Shown: positions 19,314-30,161 of the stretch, piece after piece | How the letters are laid out: every line of letters starts with the position of its first letter | How positions within the stretch are numbered: the stretch's first letter is position 1 | Origin: Nitrospirota bacterium | GTDB lineage: Bacteria > Nitrospirota > UBA9217 | Assembly (NCBI GenBank): GCA_963818475.1 | Contig: CAWFSF010000006.1 | Coordinates: 448,001-512,000 of the forward strand | Reading direction: 5' to 3' | DNA: 64,000 nt | The notes under the pieces: generated by a model | Told to the model about the DNA's origin: nothing | Database searches by the model: none | The model's input: only the letters and a program-made list of their open reading frames with translations | Made by a program: the position numbers and the translations under genes

Positions 19314-19387
19314 TCTGAATCCTCCACTGCCCTCTAATTATTTTCCTTCATAGGCCGATCTGCTTTAGTACAAAAAAACGTTACGAT

Positions 19388-20611
19388 TCATTTCAGTTTC
19401 TTTTTGATGATTTCATTCAACTGTACGGACCTTTTAAGAAAAGTATGGTCTTTTAACGTCCTTGCCTGTCCGGCTTTTGCGATTTCCGTCATTTTCTCCG
19501 GGTTGTTGAAAAGCCAGTTTATTTTATCAATACATTCATCGGCCGTTCTATACGCAACTATTTCATAATCCGGCAAGAAAAGATCTGGCAGATTTATTTT
19601 CCAGTCTGTCAATAAACATGAGCCAACTCCTGTGACTTCAAACAGTCTTGAGTTCCCGGCATACGCGCCCGCAACATCAATATGCGAATTAAATCCAATT
19701 TTTGCACGGGAGACGGCTTTAAGCATGTCCAATCCATACACCGGTGGTTTCACTCGAGTTTGAAGGGCGCTGCTATACGCTGTTTTGCGAGGCAAGGAGC
19801 TCCATGCCTCGGCCATATTCAGGATCGGCAACTTCTTAACAACGCGCCCAAATCCGAGCGTCTTTAAGAGGCCGGCGGCTGCATGGATTCCCTGTTTGAG
19901 GCGGGTTGTCAAAAATCGCTGATGATGCAGCTGTGTGTAAATATTAAGATCAATGCCACGGTCAATGAGTTCGTTAATGATTTTGATTCGTTCATTATGA
20001 AAACCTTCGCCGCCGATTAATGATCCTAGAAAAATCAAGTCGATAGTGGGGTAGGTGTTATTCTGGCCGATTTTTGATAAAAGCGACGGTTCAAAGGCAT
20101 GGTGCATTAAATATGATTCGATTCCTTTTTTGTTAAAATAGGTTACGAAATCCGGTGAACATGCCAAAATATAATCGAATGCTTTGAGCTTCTCTAAATG
20201 GTTATCGGAGAAAGGGGCCGAACACCAGCCGATTGCTTGTTTAATAGAAGAGGTTTTGTTTTTTACATGCTCAATCCATTCCCCATTCGCGTAAAAGCTG
20301 TCCTGGAACAGCACAATGTCGGGCTTCAAATCAATTATTTGAGCGAGGACTAATTCTTTCCCCGATAGTTTTATCCCGTGTTCATCTGCCCATCGTTGCT
20401 GCAAACAGTCGGCGTTCGCGACAATCTCATGTGCATCTACTCCCAGCGTTTTTAAATTACGTTCAAAAAAATCAGCCCAGCCGTACGCCGCAGACATAAG
20501 ATGGTTTTTTTGGTCAGCATACGTCATATCCCTGACGAGTGGATTGCGTTGATAATATTCGTTCAGAAATTCTTTGTAAAAAGTGGTAACTTTTAGAAAG
20601 CGATAACTCAT
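19388..20611 (-). CDS. CgeB-like glycosyltransferase
   Basis: YGLDM....RAKIGFNSH, NSRLFEVTGVGSCLLTD, IAKAGQARTLKDHT. Confidence 0.8.
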   Translation of the reverse strand: MSYRFLKVTTFYKEFLNEYYQRNPLVRDMTYADQKNHLMSAAYGWADFFERNLKTLGVDAHEIVANADCLQQRWADEHGIKLSGKELVLAQIIDLKPDIVLFQDSFYANGEWIEHVKNKTSSIKQAIGWCSAPFSDNHLEKLKAFDYILACSPDFVTYFNKKGIESYLMHHAFEPSLLSKIGQNNTYPTIDLIFLGSLIGGEGFHNERIKIINELIDRGIDLNIYTQLHHQRFLTTRLKQGIHAAAGLLKTLGFGRVVKKLPILNMAEAWSSLPRKTAYSSALQTRVKPPVYGLDMLKAVSRAKIGFNSHIDVAGAYAGNSRLFEVTGVGSCLLTDWKINLPDLFLPDYEIVAYRTADECIDKINWLFNNPEKMTEIAKAGQARTLKDHTFLKRSVQLNEIIKKKLK

Positions 20612-20682
20612 TCGGCGTCTCGTTTTATTCTCGCTGTAGCATGCATTGAATCCCGTTAGTATCTAACGTTGCGGCGTAAAAA

Positions 20683-21600
20683 TCAGGCGTGAACATACGG
20701 GTTTTCGGGGAGCAGAATGACATCATAACCCGCATTCCTGAGATCATCTGCCAACCGTTGAGCCGGCTCATCTTTAAAAAGAATGGCAACCGTCAAAACA
20801 GGTTCGTAAAGCCTGATTTTAGCCAGGATATTGAGAAGGGCAATTCTGAATTTCACTTTTCGATACAATCTGCCTTTCGCGGCAAGTTTTTCATATTCGA
20901 CTCCTTTCTCGTAGAAGTCATTAATTCCACGGAAAGCGACGACTCTGTAATTCATGCCCAGAGCAACTTTCTCGATTTCCCGCCGTGAGATCCCATAGAC
21001 ATAGTTCCCTGTACCTTCTTCAAAAGCATGCTTCTCCACCTTTTTTCCGACGAGGGTTTTGCCAAGATTTACCAGATATCTGAATAATTGATATGAGAAT
21101 CCATAGCTAATATAAGAATCAGTCGGCTCAATTAATACGACTCCTTTCGCCGCTACGCGCAGCATTTCGTACAAAGCGATCATCGGTCTTGGAAAATGAT
21201 GATAGGCCTCCTTGCACAAAACGAAATCAAACTCTGAGTCCTTGAACGATAATGACTCGGCATTTTCTTGGCGATACTTTTTAACGTACCCCATTTCCTT
21301 TGCTTCTTTAAGTAATTTGTCAGTTATATCTGTCGCTAATACATCGATGCCTTTGTCCTGCATATACTTGGCGTCGCATCCATATCTTCCATCTCCAACC
21401 GTGAGCCATTTAGCATCAGGCTCTGATTCCAGGAGCGGATCGAGAAGTCTGTACATGCGATCAAAACGCCATGCGCCAACCGACTCCGTTTCAATCCAAG
21501 TCTTGCCGTGAGCCTCTTTTTTGCCACCAATAGAATAATCGTCAAAATTGGCAGCATGGATCTTATAGCTTAAGGTACGGAAATCATCTTTTTTCCCCAT
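20683..21600 (-). CDS. class I SAM-dependent methyltransferase
   Basis: WLTVGDGRYG, ATDI, NAESLSFKDSEFDFVLCKEAYHHFPRP, EMLRVA; GAGGAG RBS before ATG 21600 (alternative start 21663). Confidence 0.85.
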   Translation of the reverse strand: MGKKDDFRTLSYKIHAANFDDYSIGGKKEAHGKTWIETESVGAWRFDRMYRLLDPLLESEPDAKWLTVGDGRYGCDAKYMQDKGIDVLATDITDKLLKEAKEMGYVKKYRQENAESLSFKDSEFDFVLCKEAYHHFPRPMIALYEMLRVAAKGVVLIEPTDSYISYGFSYQLFRYLVNLGKTLVGKKVEKHAFEEGTGNYVYGISRREIEKVALGMNYRVVAFRGINDFYEKGVEYEKLAAKGRLYRKVKFRIALLNILAKIRLYEPVLTVAILFKDEPAQRLADDLRNAGYDVILLPENPYVHA

Positions 21601-21663
21601 GGTTATACGCTCCTCGGTACAATGTTCTGGATCTATGGACGGTTTCAGAATTTCTATCGTCAT

Positions 21664-23599
21664 TTACCGCATTTTCACAAAGGTTTTTTCAAACCAGAGG
21701 AAGTGAAGAAGTCTCCATGCTGTTACGGTGTTTGGCCATGTCCACGATCGCTTGTCCATGTTGTTTTTCAGGAACTTCTGAAACTGCGGCATGTCGATCA
21801 ATTCGTGTTCGGTGCTTTTTCCCAGAAAACCGTTCACCCATGGCTGGAGCGGGCCGTTGAACCATTCAGGCAGCGGCGAATTAAACCCGATCTTTCTTTT
21901 TGAAAGACGAATACTGTCCGGCATTTTCCCGGACATGCCGATGCGTGCTACTCGTTTGGTAAATCCGTCGCCTAACTTGCTGCTGTCCGGCAAAGAAAAA
22001 ACGAAGGTTACGAGCCGCCAGTCCATAAAAGGCATCCGCACTTCCACGCCGTGCGCCATGGAGAGCCGGTCGAAGTTCCGCAGGATCGTCGGCAAGATCG
22101 TGGAATGGAACATCGGATAGAGCATCCGGTTTGCCTCTCCCCAGTGGGACGGCAGCTTGTCGTTCGAGGGAGGGGCCACAAAATCGTCATGCGGAAAGCG
22201 GACGCTTCGCATCAGGAAAGAGCCGACCTGATCCGGACGCATGCTCCTCTTGATGCGGCGCAGGAAAGCAAGGTCGGGATGATAGAGGAGGGCGGACATG
22301 CCGGTGGTTGCAAGCGTATGCAGCAGACCTTTGTCATCCGTTGATAATGATGCCATGTGTTCCTTCATGATCCGCATGTTCCGTAGTGGCGAGAATAACA
22401 GGGATGGGGCATTATGGAATTTCAGGAAATCCGCCTGTTTATACCCGCCCATCAGTTCGTCAGCACCATGCCCGTCCAGAGAAACGACCACCTTTGCCTT
22501 GCGCAGTTCACGATAGATGAGCCAGACGGGTGTTGGAAGTCCAATGTACACATCATCAAAATCCATCAGGATTTTGTCTATGTTCAGGAGGGCATCGTTC
22601 TCTGTTACCGGCATGTATCTCGCCTTGATGCCCGCAAACCGCACTGCCTCCTCGGCCTGGACGCGTTCATCGTTGGACGCGCCGGGAAAGGTTGCAACAA
22701 AGGCCTGTTGCCAGTCCTGCGCCTGGCGCGGGTCTTTTCCCTGCCTGCCGATCTCCGCCAGAGCGCATACGATCGCGGTGGAGTCAAACCCTCCGCTTAA
22801 ACAGGTGCCGATCGGCACATCGCTTCGCATGCGGATCCGGATGGAGTCGTAGAACAATTCCCGAAACTGCTCCGCCTGAGCCTCAAGCGATGACGGCGGT
22901 TCGATGAGATGGTCAAGCGTATTCCACCAACGGACGATGGAGAGCCGGCCATCCTTGATTATGCCGTAATGCCCGCCGGGAAGGCGTCGCAGGCCTTTGA
23001 GCATCGTCCGGTCCGTGCCCTCAATGCCAAAGCCATTGCGCAGGAAAACTGAAGCGCTCTCTTTGTCAACAACAGGTTCGAACCCGTCGAGATACGAGAA
23101 TGCCTTCATTTCCGAGGCAAAGGCGAAACGCGAAGCGGTAAAGGTGTATAAAAAGGGCTTGATCCCGAACCGGTCACGGGAGATAAAGATCGTTTGTTCC
23201 GCCCGGTCATAAATAGCAAAGGCCCACATGCCGTTAAAACGCAGCAGCATCTCAGGCCCCCACTCCCGATAGGCTGCCAGGATAACTTCCGTATCGCTTT
23301 GCGACCGGAAGACATGGCCTTTTTGTTCCAGATCCGCGCGCAGTTCAAGGAAATTATAGATCTCGCCGTTGTAGGTTATCCAATACCGGTTGTCGCGCGA
23401 GGACATCGGCTGGAGCCCTTCCTCGGAAAGATCGAGGATAGCGAGACGACGATGTCCGAAAGCGATTCCCGCATTGTCGATGAACCCATGTTCCGCGGCC
23501 ATCCGGCCCCCGGTGCGCAAGGGAGTCGGTAAACCGCTCGAATCGCGGCGCGATCACGGGTTTATTATCGAAGTTCCATATGCCGGTAATTCCACACAT
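21664..23599 (-). CDS. asnB: asparagine synthase-type amidotransferase, split by a +1 frameshift near 23486
   Basis: MCGITG..HRGPDG in one frame; GHRRLAILDLS, YNGEIYN, LSGGFDS, GHGADE in the next; removing one G from TGGG restores WFIDN. Confidence 0.88.
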
Positions 23600-23727
23600 A
23601 TTTTATCCTGTTAGCTAAATTTCCCCAACCAGTACCACTCTTTGGCTGAAACTATTTCTCCGTAGGACTCTACTGGGAGTTTTCAAGTCCCTCCCTGCAG
23701 TTATGAATCATTTTATTACCGTTCGTG

Positions 23728-25545
23728 TCAAGGTCCCCAGATCTCTAATTCATAAAGGTTGGTGTTCCAGTAATGGCTGGGATCAGTACCCTTGACCGCA
23801 GTTACTACATAGCGCAGATAACGACACGAAACGGGGGCAAAGCTCTCCTTGGTGATCCATGAGTTGTTGCCGGTGACCGAGGCGGCAATAGTGTAGCTGC
23901 CGTCGGCAAAGTTGGGATCGTTGCCGACCCATATCTGAAAATCTACCGCTTTGTTCTCGTCTGCCATGAGTGCATAGCCGCCATAGTTAAAGGTGGCCAC
24001 ACGGCTAATCAGATTCTCGCCGCCCAAGTCTGCCTGTATCCATTTGGGGAAGGTATCAGTGCTATTGACGTGCCAGTAGTCATTATATTGTCCGTCAAAC
24101 ACATTGATCGGGGCAGTCCGGGGCAGATCATTGGATGAGCTTGCGGTAGCGCTGGTTACGGCGTATTTGACCTCGTTGGATGGTAGGTCCGATCCATAGA
24201 TGCGCATATCAGCGACCTGGTAAGAGCCGGCAACAGCCGAGATCAGCAGTCGTACCCATCGGCCGTTTATAACGGGACTGACCGGCAGATTCACTTCCGC
24301 CTGGCTGTTATTGGTCACAGTAGCGGCAACAGTGTAGCGCCCGGGTGCGAAGGTCGGATCGTCCCCGATCAACACCTGGAAACTGGTTGCGACAGCATTT
24401 TGATCGATGCCAAAATTCAGGTAAATCTCGTTGATTGCCTTGCTGTCCCCCAAATCAGCCTGCAGCCATCGGTCAGGGTAACCAAAGTTATCCTGACCGA
24501 TCTTCCAATAAGTGGCAGCATTGCCGTCAAAAGCCTTTATCGGCCAGTAAGGGTCTGTGTCGCTGGACCCGTATGCCGAACTGGCAATAGCAGCCACGAC
24601 AGGCAGCGATGGTGGCGGTACCGGCAACTGGTTTTCAGCGTCAATCTGCAACAAAACAGCAAGGTTCTGCTGGGCTGTCTTGAACATATTGTTCCAGTCC
24701 AGCTTATCCAGCGTATCGCCGCATCCACCATCATTGGATGTACCGTGATAGCCGGGAGCCAGATAAGGAGTTCCGCCGATACTTAGTACTGCTGTTAATC
24801 CAAGGTTCCAGTATGACTGATTATCTGAATAACAGCCTGTTGTCTCGCGCCAGTTGATATCTATACCATATTGGCCGGAAACGGTGTTGAACAAACTGGA
24901 GATCCGTTCTGATTCGGAATTGTTATACCAAAGCACGTTCATGTTTTGACCAAGCACCTCTGACCACCCTATCCCATCCATAATCAGGCCGGTTTTAATA
25001 GTTTCCCCACGTGCAAGTGCCTGGTTTAAGTGCAAATTGCTGCCAATATTGAAAGCGGTTTGTTCATGTCCGACAAAGTTAATAAAGCGGATTGAATAGC
25101 GGCTAGGGTAATCTTTGAGAACACGGGCCAACTCGAGTATCGCAGCGGATCCGGACGCGTTATCGCCAGCCCCAGGCGTGGTGGGTTGGGTATCTAAGTG
25201 ACCGCCCACCTCAATGAATACATTTGGGTAAATACTGCCGATCTTGGTAGCAACAACATTGTGACCAACCCCACCAGTACCATGAAGATTACTGTAGTCA
25301 GCAGAATCACAACCATTACCACCAGTACCTCCTAGATCCACCTGTTCCATAGTCACCTGGTAGCCCCAGGACTCATAGAGTGACTTGGCATAATCGGATG
25401 CCATCTCAAGATTGCTCTTAGGATAAATGACGGAGGTATCCACGGTGCAATTGTCGTCAATAAAAGGGCTGAAATATAGGGCGTGACGCGGGCCGTACTG
25501 ATTGACCAGGATACTAGCAATATTATGTAGATTCTGTTGATTCAC
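23728..25545 (-). CDS. M28-family metallopeptidase with two F5/8 type C (discoidin) domains, no evident signal peptide
   Basis: GGHLD, GAGDNASG, MDGIG, YH; two repeats of AFDG...W..WLQADLG...R..R. Confidence 0.75.
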   Translation of the reverse strand: MNQQNLHNIASILVNQYGPRHALYFSPFIDDNCTVDTSVIYPKSNLEMASDYAKSLYESWGYQVTMEQVDLGGTGGNGCDSADYSNLHGTGGVGHNVVATKIGSIYPNVFIEVGGHLDTQPTTPGAGDNASGSAAILELARVLKDYPSRYSIRFINFVGHEQTAFNIGSNLHLNQALARGETIKTGLIMDGIGWSEVLGQNMNVLWYNNSESERISSLFNTVSGQYGIDINWRETTGCYSDNQSYWNLGLTAVLSIGGTPYLAPGYHGTSNDGGCGDTLDKLDWNNMFKTAQQNLAVLLQIDAENQLPVPPPSLPVVAAIASSAYGSSDTDPYWPIKAFDGNAATYWKIGQDNFGYPDRWLQADLGDSKAINEIYLNFGIDQNAVATSFQVLIGDDPTFAPGRYTVAATVTNNSQAEVNLPVSPVINGRWVRLLISAVAGSYQVADMRIYGSDLPSNEVKYAVTSATASSSNDLPRTAPINVFDGQYNDYWHVNSTDTFPKWIQADLGGENLISRVATFNYGGYALMADENKAVDFQIWVGNDPNFADGSYTIAASVTGNNSWITKESFAPVSCRYLRYVVTAVKGTDPSHYWNTNLYELEIWGP

Positions 25546-25708
25546 TTGGTTAAGGTAGGAAGAAAGAGCTGAACAGCGTTATTCCGCACACAGTATTCTC
25601 CCGTTTCCCGAAGCCGACCGAAGAGGCCACATGCTTTTCATAAGTGTGATCCTATAACTATTTCGCTCCCACCGTGGGGCAAATGGCGGGATGGCCGAGT
25701 GCATGTCA

Positions 25709-26386
25709 TTAATTTCCTGATCCCGTACCAACGGGCTCGAGACGGTGAACGATGTCGTCGATATCCCGCAACGTACTCACGATGAAGTCCGGTTCATATG
25801 TCTTGAGCAAAGACTCATTTCTGATGCCGGTCGTGACCGCGCAGGTCGCGATCCTGAGCTTTTTACCGGTAATGATGTCCATGCCGCTGTCACCCACGAT
25901 TAACGACGGCGACGTAATCACGAGTTTTGCCAAAGTTTCGGCTTTTGAGGAAAGAACAGACTCACTCCGTGCATCCGCGGAAACTTTCGGGGTAAGAACT
26001 GCTGTGAAAAAATGTTCTATATTGAGCCAATGAAGCTGTTTATGAAGCATCACGCGGTCCCGTCGCATTGATACAAGATAGCACGTATGCCTGGATGAAA
26101 GCCGGTCTAAGACAGCTGCTGCTGCATCGAAGAGTTGATCGTTTTGAAGGACTTGTTCCAACTCGATATTCTCTCGTACATACCGGCGCAGCAGATCCGG
26201 GTCAAGATCGGGCAAATGTGACGCGTCTAATATTGCCCTATCGGTGTCATTTGAACGCTTACGTTCCCAGTAGAGCCTCTGCGGCAAGGCGGTTCCGCCA
26301 TGCATGCGTACAAAATTTGAGTACACGCAAAAATATTTCCGGGAAATTTCGACAATCGTTCCATCAAAATCGAAAAAAAGCATCAT
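25709..26386 (-). CDS. HAD-family hydrolase
   Basis: FDFDGT, VGDS..D, VTTG, PDFI. Confidence 0.88.
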   Translation of the reverse strand: MMLFFDFDGTIVEISRKYFCVYSNFVRMHGGTALPQRLYWERKRSNDTDRAILDASHLPDLDPDLLRRYVRENIELEQVLQNDQLFDAAAAVLDRLSSRHTCYLVSMRRDRVMLHKQLHWLNIEHFFTAVLTPKVSADARSESVLSSKAETLAKLVITSPSLIVGDSGMDIITGKKLRIATCAVTTGIRNESLLKTYEPDFIVSTLRDIDDIVHRLEPVGTGSGN

Positions 26387-26390
26387 GGCA

Positions 26391-27140
26391 TCAAGTCACC
26401 GGTCCGGTTCGGAGTGACGCGACAATAATGAGGCTCGAACAGTATTCCGGAAGTTCTTTGCCGACCTCGTACAAGGCATCAACAATCCTGGGGTCCCAGG
26501 ATTCCATCTGCTTGTGAGAAAGCGGTTTGAGAAGAATCCCTCCGATCTGGTTGACCTGATAGCCGGCATTGATAAAATCGTTCTTCAGTCGTTCACTGTC
26601 ATAGATGCGCTTGTGACCTTTTTGAATATCGGCATCGGAGAGGTCGTAAAAATCATGAAGTAAGCCCATTGCCTTGCCGATCCTTTTATGAAGGCCAAGA
26701 GCGTTCGGCACGGTCATCACGAGCAGTCCGTTTGGTGAGAGCCATGATTTCAGTCGCTGGAGAAATGCTACGGGATCATGAACATGTTCTAAAACATTAG
26801 TGGACACGATAAAATCAAAAAGGCGCGCTGGTACATAGTCTTCGAACAGCGTGCACAGGTACGATATATTGTGTGCCGCATTGTACTGCCGGGCTTTTGA
26901 AATCTTGATGTCTGAACCGTCGATCCCGACGACCTGGTTGAATTTGGGGGCCAGCGTCCTGGTAAGCGCTCCGACTCCGCAGCCGATATCGAGCATCGAA
27001 TCACCGATGCAAAAGCCGCTGATCGCCGATATCTTATATTTCATCAATACTTTTTCAAAGCCCTCGTCTTCGGAGAAGTTGAGGGCTATGCCGTCCAGTT
27101 CGCTCAAAGAGACGTGTTTTCCCGTATCGTTTTCGTTCAT
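26391..27140 (-). CDS. class I SAM-dependent methyltransferase
   Basis: MLDIGCGVG, GIDGS, FDFIVSTNVLEHV, LSPNG, TVPN. Confidence 0.88.
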   Translation of the reverse strand: MNENDTGKHVSLSELDGIALNFSEDEGFEKVLMKYKISAISGFCIGDSMLDIGCGVGALTRTLAPKFNQVVGIDGSDIKISKARQYNAAHNISYLCTLFEDYVPARLFDFIVSTNVLEHVHDPVAFLQRLKSWLSPNGLLVMTVPNALGLHKRIGKAMGLLHDFYDLSDADIQKGHKRIYDSERLKNDFINAGYQVNQIGGILLKPLSHKQMESWDPRIVDALYEVGKELPEYCSSLIIVASLRTGPVT

Positions 27141-27141
27141 C

Positions 27142-28017
27142 TTAGTTGCTTTCGCAGTATATTTTTTTTAAAGCTGCTTGCAGGGGGGTTAGTTCCAGCG
27201 CACCCAAAGCTTCAGTGAGTTTCCGGATGTCGTACACGTAATCTATCCTCGGTTTAGTCCGGACACGATATTCAATTCGGAAATCTTTGTCTGCAATCTC
27301 TCGTACAATATTCACGATTTGAATCAAGGATTGACTTTTGCCGCTTGCGATGTTAAAAATTCCGGCAGTTTTACGTTCGCAGAACTCAGCTGTTATTCGC
27401 CCTACGTCCTCGATGAAGAGATAATCCCTCAGATCCATTCCATCGCCGTTCAGGATAACGGTGCCTGTCTTCTTGATGCTTTTTATAATTGACGGAATAA
27501 ACTTTTTGCTCCGGTCGTCCTCGCCAAAAATCTGGCACAGCCGCAGGATACACGTCGGCACGCCGAAATTTGATCCCCAAAGTTCCACAAACTGCTCTCC
27601 GATTCGTTTGCTCAGTGAATAGTAATTTTGCGGTGAAACTTCACTTGATTCCGTAATAATACCGCTGATCTTATAAACGTCGACCGTGCTCAGTTTTACA
27701 AAATAAAGTGGAGGATGGTTTTCCAGTGCTTTTAATATATTCCGAGACATTACTATGTTGTCGAAATAATCCTCGTGCTCTCCTGCGCCTGGAGGGATCT
27801 TTGCCGCAGCATCTACAATAACATCGAAGGTGCGACCTCCCAATGCATCTTTCACTGATTCGAAACTCGTCAGATCTGCAAAAATAGATTCCATCCCGAG
27901 AGGTGTCTGCGCGTCGGCGCGACGCACGATACCCGCTGTTTCAAATCCCCGGCTGATCAGCTCCATCGCAACAGCATTGCCTATGAATCCACTCCCCCCT
28001 GTTATCAACACCTTCAT
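27142..28017 (-). CDS. NAD-dependent epimerase/dehydratase
   Basis: ITGGSGFIG, STVDVY, YSLSK, RDYLFIED. Confidence 0.88.
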   Translation of the reverse strand: MKVLITGGSGFIGNAVAMELISRGFETAGIVRRADAQTPLGMESIFADLTSFESVKDALGGRTFDVIVDAAAKIPPGAGEHEDYFDNIVMSRNILKALENHPPLYFVKLSTVDVYKISGIITESSEVSPQNYYSLSKRIGEQFVELWGSNFGVPTCILRLCQIFGEDDRSKKFIPSIIKSIKKTGTVILNGDGMDLRDYLFIEDVGRITAEFCERKTAGIFNIASGKSQSLIQIVNIVREIADKDFRIEYRVRTKPRIDYVYDIRKLTEALGALELTPLQAALKKIYCESN

Positions 28018-29111
28018 GAATCAATCTCTTCGATTTCTCTTACTAGCTTCTGATACTCATCAACCTTTGTAGTGATTTCATGTTCATGCAAAAGCACCGG
28101 GAGCACATCAATACCCCGTATCCAATACATATTGGGCTTGCACGGATTGACGATGTTGTAGGCCCCGTTGTATTCCCCGAAAGCCAGCTCTGCAAGAATG
28201 TCCGGCATATTGCACCCTGTTTTTGTGATGAAATGGTGTGTTGTAAAAAATTTAGAGATATTGATCTCCGTAGGATTTGGCATGCCATCCCCGTCATAGG
28301 TAAAGTCAACGCTGAAAATTCCGTGTGGGTGCTGGTCGGCAGCCATAATACATCTTCGCGAGATCTCATCGATAATCGGGTCAGCAATAGTTACACCGAC
28401 TCCCGTAAGTCCGGTTACACCCGATTGGGCCCTGTTTCCAAAAGCCCAGTTCAATCGTTTTCTTCCCTGGGCAACCACAAGCCGTCCATGGTGCCAGATC
28501 GATTGCCACGTGACCGTATCGCTCGTTAAATGCTCTGCGGCAACTGCTTTGCCCCACATATTCCTCGCACTGATATGCGCCAGCGCCATATCATACGTCG
28601 GTCTTGACAGAGAACCTTTGCCCGCTGCCCCGATTGTCTCCCGTATCCAGATATTCTGATTGAACTTCTCAAATGCCAGTTTCAGATCGCGTTCTTCGTT
28701 GAGATCAATAGTTTCGGGAACTTTGATCCCGGCATCTTTCCAGATTTTTGCAGATTTGCCTTTGTCTCTCAGAAGTTCGATCGTTTGTTGCGCAGGCATA
28801 TAGAGCTTACAACCCGTCGAAAGAATCTCCTCGCGGTGTTTGCCGATAATGAACGCCTCGATCTCCGGTTGCGAGTGCAGGAAGTCGATCTTCTCTTTTT
28901 TGATAATGTGCTTGATAAAGGGAATGTACTCGCTGTCGGTCGCCCGGGGGCAGAGATATGATCTATCGGTTTCCGCGCGGTGGATATTGTATTTATCGCA
29001 GTCTGTACCGACGATATGATAAAGCTTCCCTTCAGGATCAGCGTCCCGAAGACTCCTCGTGAAACTCAAGGTGGAGGGGCCGCCGCAGGCAGTGGCAAGA
29101 ATATGTCTCAT
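28014..29111 (-). CDS. ATP-grasp enzyme (CarB-like short form), putative carboxylate-amine ligase
   Basis: ILATACGG, DK...IW...GIKVPET, GAAGKG, AEHL, PHGIFSVD, TEIN..F. Confidence 0.7.
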   Translation of the reverse strand: MRHILATACGGPSTLSFTRSLRDADPEGKLYHIVGTDCDKYNIHRAETDRSYLCPRATDSEYIPFIKHIIKKEKIDFLHSQPEIEAFIIGKHREEILSTGCKLYMPAQQTIELLRDKGKSAKIWKDAGIKVPETIDLNEERDLKLAFEKFNQNIWIRETIGAAGKGSLSRPTYDMALAHISARNMWGKAVAAEHLTSDTVTWQSIWHHGRLVVAQGRKRLNWAFGNRAQSGVTGLTGVGVTIADPIIDEISRRCIMAADQHPHGIFSVDFTYDGDGMPNPTEINISKFFTTHHFITKTGCNMPDILAELAFGEYNGAYNIVNPCKPNMYWIRGIDVLPVLLHEHEITTKVDEYQKLVREIEEIDS

Positions 29112-30151
29112 TTGCTGGATTCTCCAGATGCTCCGGCGAGAATTCTCACAACATTCAGCGTATGCGCTATACCGGTCAAACAGGTTGCTCCATTCAGGAT
29201 GCAGTCGAAGAAGTGATCGACCTCAACCTTCAGAGGCTCTTTGAAATCGATCTGCGGCAGCAGCACGTCACCGGACCGGTGGTTGAACGTTTGCGGCGCG
29301 GGAACGTCGAAGTCCATGTTCTCGCCCAAGCGCGCAATCCGGTCGATGCCTTTATCGTATATCGCTATCTTGTTATCGGCGACATCGTCATACACCACCA
29401 TTTTCTTCGATCCGACAACCGTGATGCGCCTGATCTTGTGCGGGTCGAGCCAGCTCACATGGATATTGGCCATGACTTTGTTTGGATACCTGATGTTCAG
29501 GAATACGACATCATCAACGCCTTTTTGAATAAAGTCCATTCCGTGCCGGTGAACAGCAAGCGGCGGGTCGTCATGCAGCCAGTATTGAATAATGCTGATA
29601 TCATGCGGGGCAAAGTTCCACAGGGCGTCCACATCGGAACGGATGCGCCCGAGATTGAGCCGCTGGCTGTAGATATATCTGATCTCTCCCAGGTCGCCTG
29701 AATCGATAAGCCCCTTCACATAGCGGACAGCAGCGTTGTAGAGAAACGTATGCCCGGACATGGCCACGAGTTCCTTCTGCTTTGCCAGCGCTCCGATCTG
29801 TTCAACTTCCTTGACGGTTGTGGCCATCGGTTTTTCGACGAGAATGTGCTTCCCGGCACTCAGGGCCTTGATGGCCAGATCATAGTGTGTGGCAAGCGGG
29901 GTCGCGAGTACGACCGCATCGATATCGCGGTCGTTGAAAATATCAGCAGGGTCTGTTGACGTAAGTACGGACGGATACAGGCCGTTCACATACCGTTGGC
30001 GTTCGGGAGACGCATCGACTACCCTGCTGACCTGACAGCGCTTGTTGGAAATCAGGTTCCGGAGGAGGTTGGGGCCCCAATATCCGACGCCGATCTGCGC
30101 TATTCTCAGGAGCTTTTTTTCATCTGCGTTTTTCTGCGGTACCATTGGCAT
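29108..30151 (-). CDS. Gfo/Idh/MocA oxidoreductase (WbpB/WlbA-like)
   Basis: IGVGYWG.NL.RN, ATP...H, LVEKP, GHTFLYN, RLNLG, APHD, SWL.P.K.R. Confidence 0.88.
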   Translation of the reverse strand: MPMVPQKNADEKKLLRIAQIGVGYWGPNLLRNLISNKRCQVSRVVDASPERQRYVNGLYPSVLTSTDPADIFNDRDIDAVVLATPLATHYDLAIKALSAGKHILVEKPMATTVKEVEQIGALAKQKELVAMSGHTFLYNAAVRYVKGLIDSGDLGEIRYIYSQRLNLGRIRSDVDALWNFAPHDISIIQYWLHDDPPLAVHRHGMDFIQKGVDDVVFLNIRYPNKVMANIHVSWLDPHKIRRITVVGSKKMVVYDDVADNKIAIYDKGIDRIARLGENMDFDVPAPQTFNHRSGDVLLPQIDFKEPLKVEVDHFFDCILNGATCLTGIAHTLNVVRILAGASGESSK

Positions 30152-30161
30152 CCTCGCAAAT

